Positions 1 to 12,438 of a stretch of DNA of 64,000 nt are shown here, one piece after another. Location: NCBI GenBank assembly GCA_041661605.1, contig JBAZUE010000001.1, positions 606,928-670,927 on the forward strand, read 5' to 3'. The position numbers and the translations under genes are program-made. The notes beneath the pieces were generated by a model. It was given only the letters and a program-made list of their open reading frames with translations. It did not search any database and had not been told where the DNA came from. Origin of the DNA: Candidatus Omnitrophota bacterium. Lineage in GTDB: Bacteria; Omnitrophota; Gorgyraeia; Gygaellales; Profunditerraquicolaceae. The number at the start of each line of letters is the position of its first letter. Positions within the stretch are counted from its first letter, which is position 1.

Positions 1-24
1 CGCAGAGTGAGCGCTTTCTAAAGG

Positions 25-927
25 TTAACGCATGACAAGCAGGCTCTTTATCGCCTCGGGTTTATTGACTTTACGGTAAGTTTTTTGGATTATATTGCCG
101 CCGATGGGCAGATTAGTATAAATAACAGCCATGGAAACGCCTTTTTTATAGGTTTCGGTTTCTGCAAATACACTGAATTTTTCTGTCAACGGGGAATTCC
201 CGCAAATGACCACGGATTTACCCGCCACCTTTTTAATACAATCCACAAATTGCTCCTCATCTTCGATACTAGAAGTAAATAAGACTACCTTGGGCGGCCC
301 TATGTGTTTTTTGCCCGCATTCTGCATAGCTTTTAATATTGCCACTTTCACTGCCTCGCATGACGAATGAAAAGCAGAAAGGTCCGCTGAGCCAACACCG
401 AAAAATATGTTTGTTGAAGTCACGGTCATGGCAACCACACCTTTTGCCACCCCTTTTACCGTCTTTTCATATGATAGATAGCCTTTCTTGAAATTACCCT
501 TATTATTAATTGGCTTGCCGCTTGTTTTGCAGGTTACCGGCTTTATTGGATCAGCAACACCCCCGTATATCTTCGTTTTATTGCCTAGGAATCTCCTTGC
601 TTCTTTAAGAACGGTTTGTGAATCATTTTCTAAGCTGGAAAAAATAATCGCAAAATGCGGGGTCTTACATTTCTTCCCTGCCAAGGCCATGTTTAGAGCT
701 TCATTGGTCGCCTCTTTTGAATCACTCTTGGTACTCCATCCCAAGCCAACCTCTGTTCCACATATCTTATCCATGATGCTATCTCGAATGCTTGTGACCG
801 ATTGACACTGGAGCCACCCTTGCACTTTGCTCACCTTAAAGAAAAAAAACACCCCCACAATAACGATTAAGGCAATTATTGCTGCGATAGAAATGACTAT
901 AAAGAGTTTTTTAAGCATCGGAGCCAT
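25..927 (-). CDS. Membrane-anchored FIST_N-like domain protein (putative sensory/ligand-binding protein)
   Basis: 300-aa ORF. It has an N-terminal K-rich segment followed by one TM helix (LFIVISIAAIIALIVIVGVFFFF). The remainder follows the FIST_N pattern as I recall it (STKSDSKEATNEALNMAL..PHFAIIFSS...IYGGVA; PPKVVLFTSSIEDEE...VVICGNSP). It lies directly downstream of the c-di-GMP riboswitch. The domain call is from memory, not a search. Confidence 0.4.
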   Translation of the reverse strand: MAPMLKKLFIVISIAAIIALIVIVGVFFFFKVSKVQGWLQCQSVTSIRDSIMDKICGTEVGLGWSTKSDSKEATNEALNMALAGKKCKTPHFAIIFSSLENDSQTVLKEARRFLGNKTKIYGGVADPIKPVTCKTSGKPINNKGNFKKGYLSYEKTVKGVAKGVVAMTVTSTNIFFGVGSADLSAFHSSCEAVKVAILKAMQNAGKKHIGPPKVVLFTSSIEDEEQFVDCIKKVAGKSVVICGNSPLTEKFSVFAETETYKKGVSMAVIYTNLPIGGNIIQKTYRKVNKPEAIKSLLVMR

Positions 928-1014
928 GAATTAGGCTGAAACGAGGCAAACCAAAGAGACATTCTTAGGCGAGCAAATAAAAGCCCTTCAGGAAAAATAT
1001 AGGGCTTGATATGC

Positions 1015-1043
1015 AAAAAGACCTTAGAGATGACTCCAAGGTC
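1015..1043 (-). terminator. Intrinsic terminator (expression platform of the c-di-GMP riboswitch)
   Basis: Minus strand reads GACCTTGGAG-TCAT-CTCTAAGGTC, a 10-bp stem with one G.U pair, followed by TTTTT. Confidence 0.7.
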
Positions 1044-1047
1044 TTAT

Positions 1048-1141
1048 CTCCCCTTTTGGTAACGCAGCCTCCCGTTCAACTGAACGGGACTGTCGCTTTG
1101 CGTCCCAAGATTACTCTTGGTTTGCCTTTATCAGCAGGAAG
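1048..1141 (-). promoter_or_regulatory. c-di-GMP-I (GEMM-I) riboswitch aptamer
   Basis: Minus strand reads ...AAAGGCAAACC-AAGA[GUAA]UCUU-GGGACGCAAAGC-GACAGU-CCCGUUC[AGUU]GAACGGG-AGGCUGCGUUACC-AAAAGGGGAG. The GGCAAACC, GGGACGCAAAGC and GCG..UUACC blocks and the GNRA-capped P2 match the conserved GEMM-I core (compare Vc2: GGCAAACC..GAAA..GGGACGCAAAGCC...GCGGGGUUACC). The outer boundaries are approximate. Confidence 0.8.
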
Positions 1142-1230
1142 AATCAATAAAATAAACTGCCAATTTTGTCAATTGCGCTATTAAAAATATAACATATTAC
1201 CAGTTGTCTTTCAAGAGGGCGGGATATTTC

Positions 1231-2013
1231 TTACTCATACCGCCAATGCCACGGCTCAAAGCTTATTCCAGAAGGATTATTTTTCGGATAAGAAAGCACA
1301 AAACCGTATTCAGCCGCGCGCTTCATTAGCCACTTATACTCCACAAGATTTTCAAAAGCTTCGGGGTGATCCTCATTGACCCCGTCGATATTGACAAAAT
1401 CCAAAGCCTGCCAATCGGGGGCTCCATGCTCGCTGTAACCGGCTATGGCTACAAGCTTAGCTGTTTCTCTTATGGAATAATCATGCTTTCTAAGGTAGAA
1501 GGCGAAAAGATAAAGTTGGTAAGCTGCGGAACGGTATCCTGAATCCACAAATAGAACTCTATGAATATCCCGCTTCATAGCTTTGATCATCTTACGGTAT
1601 TGGCGGTAGACATTGTCAGGCAGATATTGGCATCCAATTATTTTTGTTTTATTGCCTTCTGCTTTGGTATCTTTTATCCTCTGACCTTTTATAGAGATAA
1701 ACTTTGTCCCGGCTTTGGCAAAACCGCGATAAGGTAAAACCACGCCCAGTTTTTTAGCGTCAAGATTCAGGAATATCTTTAGAAATTCCCGCTCTTCTTT
1801 ATTTAAAGGCTGATAAAGCTCATCAAAAGTCAATAAAGGAGCCGTCCCTTTAGCCACGCGTTCTTTAACCAGCGGCTCAAGCTTGGCTAAAACCGCCTCT
1901 TCCTTTTGGATATCTTCCTGGCTTAGCCGATCCAGGTTTACTTCTGCCCGGGCTATTCCTGCACCCAGCAGTAAAAATACCGCCAAGAAAATATGTATTA
2001 GTTTTTTATGCAT
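1231..2013 (-). CDS. Secreted D-alanyl-D-alanine carboxypeptidase, peptidase M15B (VanY family)
   Basis: Signal peptide (AGIARA-EV). VanY motifs are present: VDSGYRSAAYQ, SEHGAPDWQALDF and EPWHWRYE. Confidence 0.8.
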   Translation of the reverse strand: MHKKLIHIFLAVFLLLGAGIARAEVNLDRLSQEDIQKEEAVLAKLEPLVKERVAKGTAPLLTFDELYQPLNKEEREFLKIFLNLDAKKLGVVLPYRGFAKAGTKFISIKGQRIKDTKAEGNKTKIIGCQYLPDNVYRQYRKMIKAMKRDIHRVLFVDSGYRSAAYQLYLFAFYLRKHDYSIRETAKLVAIAGYSEHGAPDWQALDFVNIDGVNEDHPEAFENLVEYKWLMKRAAEYGFVLSYPKNNPSGISFEPWHWRYE

Positions 2014-2100
2014 TGTTTAACGCCATACCACTTTTCAAGCGGAATATTCGGAGCTGCCAATGAATCATCGTAATTAACGCTGGAGATAGTCGCTATCGGC

Positions 2101-2472
2101 TCACCCCCTGACATTCTTCTTAATGCAAGCTATAAGTTCTCCCACAGTTACTGTCTTTGCTAAAAGCGAATACCCCTTGGTAAAACCTGCCCCAGCCTCA
2201 TTTTTTCTTACCAGCGAAGTCAAGAACACGATAGGGATATCTTTTATACTGCTGTCGCTCCTTATCAGAGAGACAACATCTCCGCCGTCTAAGCCCGGCA
2301 TCATTATATCAAGCAATATCAAATCCGGCTTTACCACCTTAATCAACTTAATGCCGTCATTGCCGTTTGTTGCCACATACACTTCAAACTCATTGGTCTT
2401 TTCCACATTTTTCTTCACCAGGTTACAAAAATTATCTTCGTCATCAATAATTAATATCTTCTTTTTACCCAT
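2101..2472 (-). CDS. Single-domain response regulator (CheY-like receiver)
   Basis: Canonical receiver residues are present: IIDDED, DLILLDIMMPGLDG, FLTS and a conserved K. It sits 9 nt downstream of the kinase gene. Confidence 0.85.
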   Translation of the reverse strand: MGKKKILIIDDEDNFCNLVKKNVEKTNEFEVYVATNGNDGIKLIKVVKPDLILLDIMMPGLDGGDVVSLIRSDSSIKDIPIVFLTSLVRKNEAGAGFTKGYSLLAKTVTVGELIACIKKNVRG

Positions 2473-2481
2473 CTAACCCTC

Positions 2482-3870
2482 CTATTTAGAAATTCTTAAA
2501 GTAACGGTAACCTTGGTTCCTTTCCCAACCTGGCTGCTTATCTCTATCAGCCCTTTATGTAAATTGATGATATTTTGGCTTACCGATAACCCGAGGCCGG
2601 TACCTTTTCCCGGGCCTTTTGTAGTAAAGAAAGGGTCAAAGATCCTTTTCAGGTTTTCTTCGGAAATCCCTGTGCCCGTATCCTCAATTTCCACGATAAT
2701 AACCTCTTCCATTTTCTTAAGGAAACAGCGGACGGTAAGTTCTCCGTTTCCGACAATTGCGTGAGCCGCATTCATAAACAGGTTGATAAATACCTGCATC
2801 AGCTTATTCTTATCTACCGAAACCTTCGGCAGGCCTTCTTGAATTTGCCTGATTACCTTAACATGTTTTAATTCTGTTTTTACCAGGTTCAAACAATTCT
2901 CCAGTATGGAATTGATGTTTTCTGGGTACAATTCCAGCTTCGTGGCCCTAGAGAAATCCAGAAGGGAAACAACGATCCCGTCTGCTCTTTGCGCGCTGTC
3001 CATGATCATGGACAAGGTCTCCAACTGCTCTTTTTCGGCCGAAGGTATTAGCTGCTCCAAATAAGAAACCCCCTGTATTATAATCCCCAGAGGGTTCCTC
3101 ATATCGTGGGCCACGCCGCTTGCCAGTTGGCCGATAGCCTTGAGCTTCTCCATCTGGGTCAGCTTATCCTGCATTTCCTTCAATTCATCGTAAGCTATTC
3201 TCAATTCTTCCGCTCTCTTTAAAGCCTGCTCATACAGCCGGACGTTCTGCAGGGTAATCGCGCCTACGCGGGCGATGCTCATAACTACCGAGGCCTCCCT
3301 CTGCGTGAAAGGCCCGGGAGCCTTCTTGTCGCAAACATGCAACACACCTAAGACTTCATTTTTATATATGACCGGCACGCTGATAAACGCCTTTTGCAAG
3401 TACTCCTCTTTGTTCAGTTTATTTAGATACGACTCCTCGGACAAATCAGCAACTACCAATGCTTCCCGGTTATGTATCACAAGACCAGATATGCTGTCAT
3501 TGCCTATTACTAAAGGGCTCTGGCTGCGATCGCGGCACCAGCCCATCGCGCAAGCCAGGGTGAACTGCTCTGAATTCTTGTCCCAGGTAAGAAAGACGGT
3601 ACGCTCAATGGAGAGGAAATTATGCGCGGCCTCAGTAATACAGCGCACCGCATCCTGCAGGCCGAAGGCTGAAATCAACTTTTCATTGAATTTAAACAGG
3701 AAATCCAGTTCTGTTTCATACCAGATCTTATCTTCTAAATACGACGGATTCTGCGGCGAGAGCGAGCCTTGCTGCGGCGGCTCTTGAGAGAAAAAAGGCT
3801 TCTTCTGCCGGAAAGAGATAGCTATCATATAACCAAACAACACAGCGATCAAAAGAAATAGAATAACCAT
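2482..3870 (-). CDS. Sensor histidine kinase with N-terminal TM and a GAF-like domain
   Basis: H-box SGVAHDMRNPL. HATPase_c N/G boxes (NLFMNAAHA, DTGTGI, GKGTGLGLS). A central GAF-like segment and one N-terminal TM helix. Confidence 0.85.
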   Translation of the reverse strand: MVILFLLIAVLFGYMIAISFRQKKPFFSQEPPQQGSLSPQNPSYLEDKIWYETELDFLFKFNEKLISAFGLQDAVRCITEAAHNFLSIERTVFLTWDKNSEQFTLACAMGWCRDRSQSPLVIGNDSISGLVIHNREALVVADLSEESYLNKLNKEEYLQKAFISVPVIYKNEVLGVLHVCDKKAPGPFTQREASVVMSIARVGAITLQNVRLYEQALKRAEELRIAYDELKEMQDKLTQMEKLKAIGQLASGVAHDMRNPLGIIIQGVSYLEQLIPSAEKEQLETLSMIMDSAQRADGIVVSLLDFSRATKLELYPENINSILENCLNLVKTELKHVKVIRQIQEGLPKVSVDKNKLMQVFINLFMNAAHAIVGNGELTVRCFLKKMEEVIIVEIEDTGTGISEENLKRIFDPFFTTKGPGKGTGLGLSVSQNIINLHKGLIEISSQVGKGTKVTVTLRISK

Positions 3871-3887
3871 AATATGGAACTGCTTCC

Positions 3888-4763
3888 TTACTTTTTAATC
3901 TGATTAATAATATCTTCTAACTGCCGATTGAATTCATCCTGGGCTTCCAGCATCAGGAAATGCCCTACTCCCGGCATTATCCTCAAATGATACGACTTAA
4001 GATATTTGCTGTTAATTTCCGGATGTTGATACTGCTGCCACAGGTCGGCGCTCAAGCACCACAATGGCACATGCACATCAGCCAAAAGAGGAATAATCGG
4101 GGTATCAAAATAATATTCCATAGTATTAATCGCGATTTCCGGGTTAGACTGGGCAACATTCCTGACTACCAACTCAACCAGTTTAGGGTCTGCGTTCTTA
4201 TTGAACATATCCCTCATAAAAGGCCCGGAATTCTTTACAAAATCCTTTTTTAAAGGTTCAATGTATTTTATTTTATCTTCCGGAGTGGCCATATACTCAA
4301 AGTTCTCCAGGGTATCAACGGCAACAAGCCCGATTATCTTATCTTTAATAAGCCGGTTTGCTTCCAAGATCACTGTGCCTGACATGGAGTGACCAATGAG
4401 GATAACTTTATTGGCTCCTACCGCATTCACTACCGCGGCTACGTCCTCGCCAAAAGCTTCCTGGGTATAGACCTTTCTTTGACGGCCGGATGCGCCGTGG
4501 CCGGCCAAATCCAGAGTAACCACTCTGTATTTTCTGGCAAAATACGGCACCTGCTTGTACCAGACAGCACGGCTGCCGCACCATCCGTGCACAAAGACCA
4601 ATGTCGGCTCACCTTTGCCGTATACGGAATAAACAATCTTTGTCCCGTCTTTGGAAATAGCGGTCTTGTTATTTACCTGCGTATAGATAAACCAAACAGC
4701 CGCTACACAAGCAACCAAGATCCCTATAATGCAAAATGTTTTCTTCATATGAAAACAAGCCAT
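3888..4763 (-). CDS. Alpha/beta-fold hydrolase, membrane-anchored or secreted
   Basis: HGW oxyanion region, nucleophile elbow GHSMSG, C-terminal GVGHF, and an N-terminal hydrophobic helix. The start could be M1 or M6. Confidence 0.75.
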   Translation of the reverse strand: MACFHMKKTFCIIGILVACVAAVWFIYTQVNNKTAISKDGTKIVYSVYGKGEPTLVFVHGWCGSRAVWYKQVPYFARKYRVVTLDLAGHGASGRQRKVYTQEAFGEDVAAVVNAVGANKVILIGHSMSGTVILEANRLIKDKIIGLVAVDTLENFEYMATPEDKIKYIEPLKKDFVKNSGPFMRDMFNKNADPKLVELVVRNVAQSNPEIAINTMEYYFDTPIIPLLADVHVPLWCLSADLWQQYQHPEINSKYLKSYHLRIMPGVGHFLMLEAQDEFNRQLEDIINQIKK

Positions 4764-4837
4764 CCTTTCTATTCTATATTATATAACTATAAAACAAGAA
4801 CAAGCACAATATTTTTTATTTAGCGCAGTCTTTTTTG

Positions 4838-4879
4838 TGAAACAAAAAGGACCCCAAGCTTGAATAAACTTGAGATCCT
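4838..4879 (-). terminator. Intrinsic terminator after the GYD gene
   Basis: Minus strand reads AGGATCTCAAG-(10-nt loop)-CTTGGGGTCCT, an 11-bp stem with 2 G.U pairs, followed by TTTTTGTTT. Confidence 0.55.
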
Positions 4880-4905
4880 TTAAATTACAACCACCTTTTT
4901 ATTCC

Positions 4906-5184
4906 TTATGCTATAATTTTGTCAAATTCTTCAATGGAGATTGCCGGGAAGCTAGTGAAGGAGATATTAGTCAGTTTATTTAATGCAACCGAGGCCTTCA
5001 TTACTTCTGAAACTCCGGGGAAATCCGCAATAAGCACGATGTCGTATTTACCTAAAAGCGCGTACATAGAGTTAACTTTACCGCCGGCTTTGGCGATGAC
5101 TTCAAGCGCCTTGCTGGTTCGGTCTTTAGAAATATCCCCCAATGCCTCCTTGGTGTACTTACCGTACATAAAAAATTTCGCCAT
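4906..5184 (-). CDS. GYD domain protein
   Basis: MAKFFMYGKYTKEAL...GKYDIVLIADFP is typical of the GYD family. I moved the start to the ATG at 5184, which is preceded by GAGGAGGTG. The track ORF's additional 13 codons lack an RBS. Confidence 0.7.
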   Translation of the reverse strand: MAKFFMYGKYTKEALGDISKDRTSKALEVIAKAGGKVNSMYALLGKYDIVLIADFPGVSEVMKASVALNKLTNISFTSFPAISIEEFDKIIA

Positions 5185-5279
5185 TTTGCCACCTCCTCGT
5201 CTACGTAGACGACACCCACGCAATTCCTCTAGGAGTTGGATACCAATTAGCGCGGGAAGTCTTCCTTATTTTATTAATC

Positions 5280-5468
5280 TTATTTACAGCAGCTATTCGA
5301 GCCTTTTCCAATCTTTTTGATTACCACGCTGATAATAAAACAGGCAAGCGCAAGAAATATAACCAGGTTGTCAGATAGCGGCAGGACGTCAAAAGCCGCT
5401 GCCAAAAGCAGCAAAATCCCAACACCATTTAGAATCGCGTTACACATGCAGGTGTTCTTGTTTTCCAT
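5280..5468 (-). CDS. Small two-TM membrane protein, hypothetical
   Basis: 62 aa with two hydrophobic helices, Cys-rich termini (CMC...SCCK), and an AAGGGGG RBS upstream of the ATG. Confidence 0.45.
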   Translation of the reverse strand: MENKNTCMCNAILNGVGILLLLAAAFDVLPLSDNLVIFLALACFIISVVIKKIGKGSNSCCK

Positions 5469-5494
5469 ATGAGCCCCCTTTTTGATTAATTACG

Positions 5495-5914
5495 CTAATA
5501 CTTTACTACCCGGCCCTTTACCGGAAGCGAAACATGGCTTCCGGCCAATTTCCATTCTTTGCCTTTTTTAACCAAAAAACCGGTTGTGCGCACATCATTA
5601 ATCTTTTTGATCAGCTTGCCATTTTTATAGATCTTGGTATCAAATTTCAGGGCAAAATGCGCCGCCCGATTGCCTCCAACAAGACTTATCTGTTTATTCT
5701 TAACCTTCGTAGCCATACCAGCCCCGGTCTTTCTAATAGATTCAATCCTGGTTAACAAAGCCTTCTTACCGATCATGTATTCATCGACATCCGTGCCTAT
5801 ATGCACGCCCTTCTTATCGTCGGCAATCATTCCCTTGAGACCATTTGTATCATAATTCAACCATAAATTTAAATACTCCTTAATAAATTTCTCTACTTTC
5901 GCCTTTTCTCCCAT
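5495..5914 (-). CDS. NTF2/SnoaL-like fold protein, hypothetical
   Basis: 139 aa with an AGGAGG RBS. The sequence pattern (N-terminal helix ...YLNLW..YD, C-terminal beta strands WKLAGSHVS) resembles SnoaL/DUF4440-like proteins. Confidence 0.4.
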   Translation of the reverse strand: MGEKAKVEKFIKEYLNLWLNYDTNGLKGMIADDKKGVHIGTDVDEYMIGKKALLTRIESIRKTGAGMATKVKNKQISLVGGNRAAHFALKFDTKIYKNGKLIKKINDVRTTGFLVKKGKEWKLAGSHVSLPVKGRVVKY

Positions 5915-5945
5915 ATCTGCCTCCTTTCTAAGTTTATTATACCGC

Positions 5946-6169
5946 TTATTTATGCCTAAAAAATATATTTATAATGATTGTAAATATAAGGCTGATAATT
6001 AAAGAAGTTGCTAACGGGAAATAAATATCCAATCCCTTTTTATGGATCTCAATGTCTCCCGGGAGCTTGCCTAAATGGGGGAATTTCCCGGCTAACATAA
6101 ACAATAGCCGAACAAAATCATAAAGATACCAATAAACACAAGCATTTTACTTATACCAATACCAAACAT
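5946..6169 (-). pseudogene. DUF2905-like small membrane protein, apparently frameshifted
   Basis: The ATG at 6169 has an AAGGTG RBS and encodes MFGIGISKMLVFIGIFMILFGYCLC, then a stop at 6092-6094. The -1 frame continues as (M)LAGKFPHLGKLPGDIEIHKKGLDIYFPLATSLIISLIFTIIINIFFRHK and stops at 5946. Joined, the two parts give the TM-LGxLPGDI-TM layout typical of DUF2905. Confidence 0.45.
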
Positions 6170-6179
6170 AAAACACCTT

Positions 6180-6467
6180 TTACTTATCCGGTATCCCAGA
6201 GGGATGCTCAGGCAATAATATTTGATCGGCAACTTCTTTGATCTTCAATGATATGATTTTCCAATTGTCAACGCTGTAAAAAGCATTGAGCATGTCAACC
6301 CAATAGGCATAATCTTTACCATTTGTTTTTGCTAATTCTTTACAAACAGCCGCCTTCTCTTCATTAGACGCAGCTTTCCATTTATAGCCATTATCATCAA
6401 AAGTCAAAGCAAAACAAAGACCTGTGAAAATTAATAAAAAAGTAAACAAAAGAAACATTTTCTTCAT
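6180..6467 (-). CDS. Small secreted protein, hypothetical
   Basis: 95 aa with a clear signal peptide (FLLFTFLLIFTGLCFA), a GGAG RBS, and a TTGACA-16-TAAAAT promoter at 6505-6532. Confidence 0.5.
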   Translation of the reverse strand: MKKMFLLFTFLLIFTGLCFALTFDDNGYKWKAASNEEKAAVCKELAKTNGKDYAYWVDMLNAFYSVDNWKIISLKIKEVADQILLPEHPSGIPDK

Positions 6468-6672
6468 TCTTACTCCGCCTATTTCCCTTTATATTATTAA
6501 CCTTATTTTATGCCTCTGAATAAGCTTGTCAATCAAAAATTACAAACAGAAAAGGCGCTGATTCCTCAACGCCTTTTCTTGTAGCACAAATGTTTTTCTT
6601 TACTTAAACCAATTCAATTTACACGTTACCTCAAACCTATATAAAAGATTTTTTGTATCGGTAAGTATAATT

Positions 6673-6713
6673 AAAAAAAGAGTCAGCTGTTTAATTAGCT
6701 GGCTCTTTTTTTA
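6673..6713 (-). terminator. Bidirectional intrinsic terminator at the end of the rRNA operon
   Basis: AGAGCCAGC-(loop)-GCTGACTCT flanked by A7 and T7 runs, immediately 3' of the 5S gene. A second hairpin (AAAGGCG..CGCCTTT) lies at 6551-6576. Confidence 0.7.
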
Positions 6714-6719
6714 ATTAAA

Positions 6720-6833
6720 GGAGCACCGACCTACTCTCGCATAGCCTTACGACTAAACTACCATCGGCCCTGAGGGGCTTAACGGCCGTATTCGGAATGG
6801 GAACGGGTGTTTCCCCCTCGGCAAAAGCACTCC
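6720..6833 (-). rRNA. rrf: 5S ribosomal RNA
   Basis: Minus strand reads GGAGTGCTTTTGCCGAGGGGGAAACACCCGTTCCCATTCCGAATACGGCCGTTAAG...GAGAGTAGGTCGGTGCTCC. The conserved 5S loop motifs and terminal helix I pairing are present. Confidence 0.9.
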
Positions 6834-6923
6834 AAGTCTATAACAAAAATGTCAACAACTACATACAGATTTATATATATGAGCAAAAACTACTTATCCA
6901 AATAACCCAAGTGGAAAAAAATT

Positions 6924-9888
<2,965 letters not shown>

Positions 9889-10099
9889 AAAATTTGATTC
9901 TCACTCGGTTTATTTGAATTTGTAGTTTTTACCACACACAAAGTCTAAAAAAGACCTTGTATCTGTATGTCTGTTCCTGTAGGTCTCATCAACCCCAGAA
10001 ACAGTCATACTTTAAATAAATTTAAAGTATGAAGTTGTCAAAGAACATAGAATCGGATACTAAATCCGAAACAAATTTATGTTCGCTTTAAAGAACTTA

Positions 10100-10175
10100 T
10101 GGTGGAGCTGAGGAGGATCGAACTCCTGACCCCCTGCTTGCAAAGCAGGTGCTCTCCCAACTGAGCTACAGCCCC
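10100..10175 (-). tRNA. tRNA-Ala (anticodon UGC), CCA encoded
   Basis: GGGGCTGTAGCTCAGTTGGGAGAGCACCTGCTTTGCAAGCAGGGGGTCAGGAGTTCGATCCTCCTCAGCTCCACCA. The cloverleaf is intact and the G3:U70 identity pair is present. Confidence 0.95.
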
Positions 10176-10184
10176 CCTCGAAAA

Positions 10185-10261
10185 TGGTGGGCCCAAGTGG
10201 ATTCGAACCACTGACCCCAGTCTTATCAGGGCTGTGCTCTAACCAACTGAGCTATGGGCCC
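10185..10261 (-). tRNA. tRNA-Ile (anticodon GAU), CCA encoded
   Basis: GGGCCCATAGCTCAGTTGGTTAGAGCACAGCCCTGATAAGACTGGGGTCAGTGGTTCGAATCCACTTGGGCCCACCA. The cloverleaf is intact except for a C30.A40 mismatch in the anticodon stem. Confidence 0.93.
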
Positions 10262-10498
10262 GAGTTAAAGTGTAAAATTAGCTTTACTGTGTAATGCCCT
10301 GATTCATTACACCTGCCTGCTTGCCGCAGACAAGCCTGCCCGTAGGCAGGCGTTACACAATAAACCGGAAGCCTTCTTGCTCACGAATGGTTATTCGTTT
10401 TGGAAGATGACTCCCATAAATTTAAATTGAACTGCCAAGCCTTAGGATTATTAAATTAACCCCAAGTTTTTCTAATAATCCGTCGTTAAACAAAATTA

Positions 10499-12088
<1,590 letters not shown>

Positions 12089-12202
12089 AAACTTATGGAA
12101 AATTATGAATGAAGGCTCTAGTGATTTATTTAATTTCAAACCTCATGAAATTGACCGTAATAATCCCTTCCGGAATTATCTTGGCCTCGCTTGGCAATTC
12201 AA

Positions 12203-12248
12203 TTATCAAAAGAGCAACAAAAAACGCCCCAACAAATGCTGGGACGTT
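12203..12248 (-). promoter_or_regulatory. rRNA leader antitermination region: boxB-like hairpin plus boxA-like element
   Basis: Minus strand reads AACGTCCC-agcatttgtt-GGGGCGTT TTTTGT TGCTCTTTTGATAA. The last 14 nt (12203-12216) resemble the boxA consensus TGCTCTTTAACAA. Confidence 0.45.
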
Positions 12249-12275
12249 AAATTTATAATTACGCCCTATTTGTCG

Positions 12276-12303
12276 ATAATGATTAATTACTAGAAATTGT
12301 CAA
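12276..12303 (-). promoter_or_regulatory. Candidate rRNA promoter P2
   Basis: Minus strand reads TTGACA-16 nt-CATTAT. Confidence 0.35.
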
Positions 12304-12355
12304 CAGCTTTATAATTATTTTCACAATAATTTGACCCTTTTGGAAGGGAATGCTT

Positions 12356-12383
12356 ATTCTATTACAAAACAGCATTTTGTCAA
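12356..12383 (-). promoter_or_regulatory. Candidate rRNA promoter P1
   Basis: Minus strand reads TTGACA-16 nt-TAGAAT, with an A/T-rich UP-like region upstream. Confidence 0.5.
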
Positions 12384-12438
12384 GAACTTTTTTCTAAAAT
12401 ATTTATATTATATCTAAAGTATAAAGCCTGGTTAAAAC

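Noticed and set aside
945-1010. A possible second GEMM-I aptamer on the plus strand (GGCAAACC...GGCGAGCAAA...AAGCCC hairpin).
   Set aside because: The GACGCAAAGC core and the 3' GGUUACC block are not preserved, and no plus-strand gene follows. I interpret it as an inverted partial duplicate acting within the minus-strand leader (see the finding at 941-1127).
1231-3870. The histidine kinase, response regulator and VanY-type carboxypeptidase as a vancomycin-resistance-like cassette.
   Set aside because: No vanH/A/X-type genes are present. The regulator is a single-domain CheY with no DNA-binding output. An 87-nt gap separates it from the peptidase gene. Adjacency alone does not support a resistance-operon call.
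5185-5223. N-terminal extension MRGCRLRRRGGGK on the GYD-domain ORF.
   Set aside because: The internal ATG at 5184 is preceded by a perfect GAGGAGGTG Shine-Dalgarno sequence and gives the canonical MAKFF... GYD start. The extension has no RBS.
10185-10261. C30.A40 mismatch in the anticodon stem of tRNA-Ile(GAU); is it a pseudogene?
   Set aside because: All other cloverleaf features and the CCA end are intact. It also occupies the canonical 16S-23S spacer position. A single C.A mismatch is tolerated in functional tRNAs.
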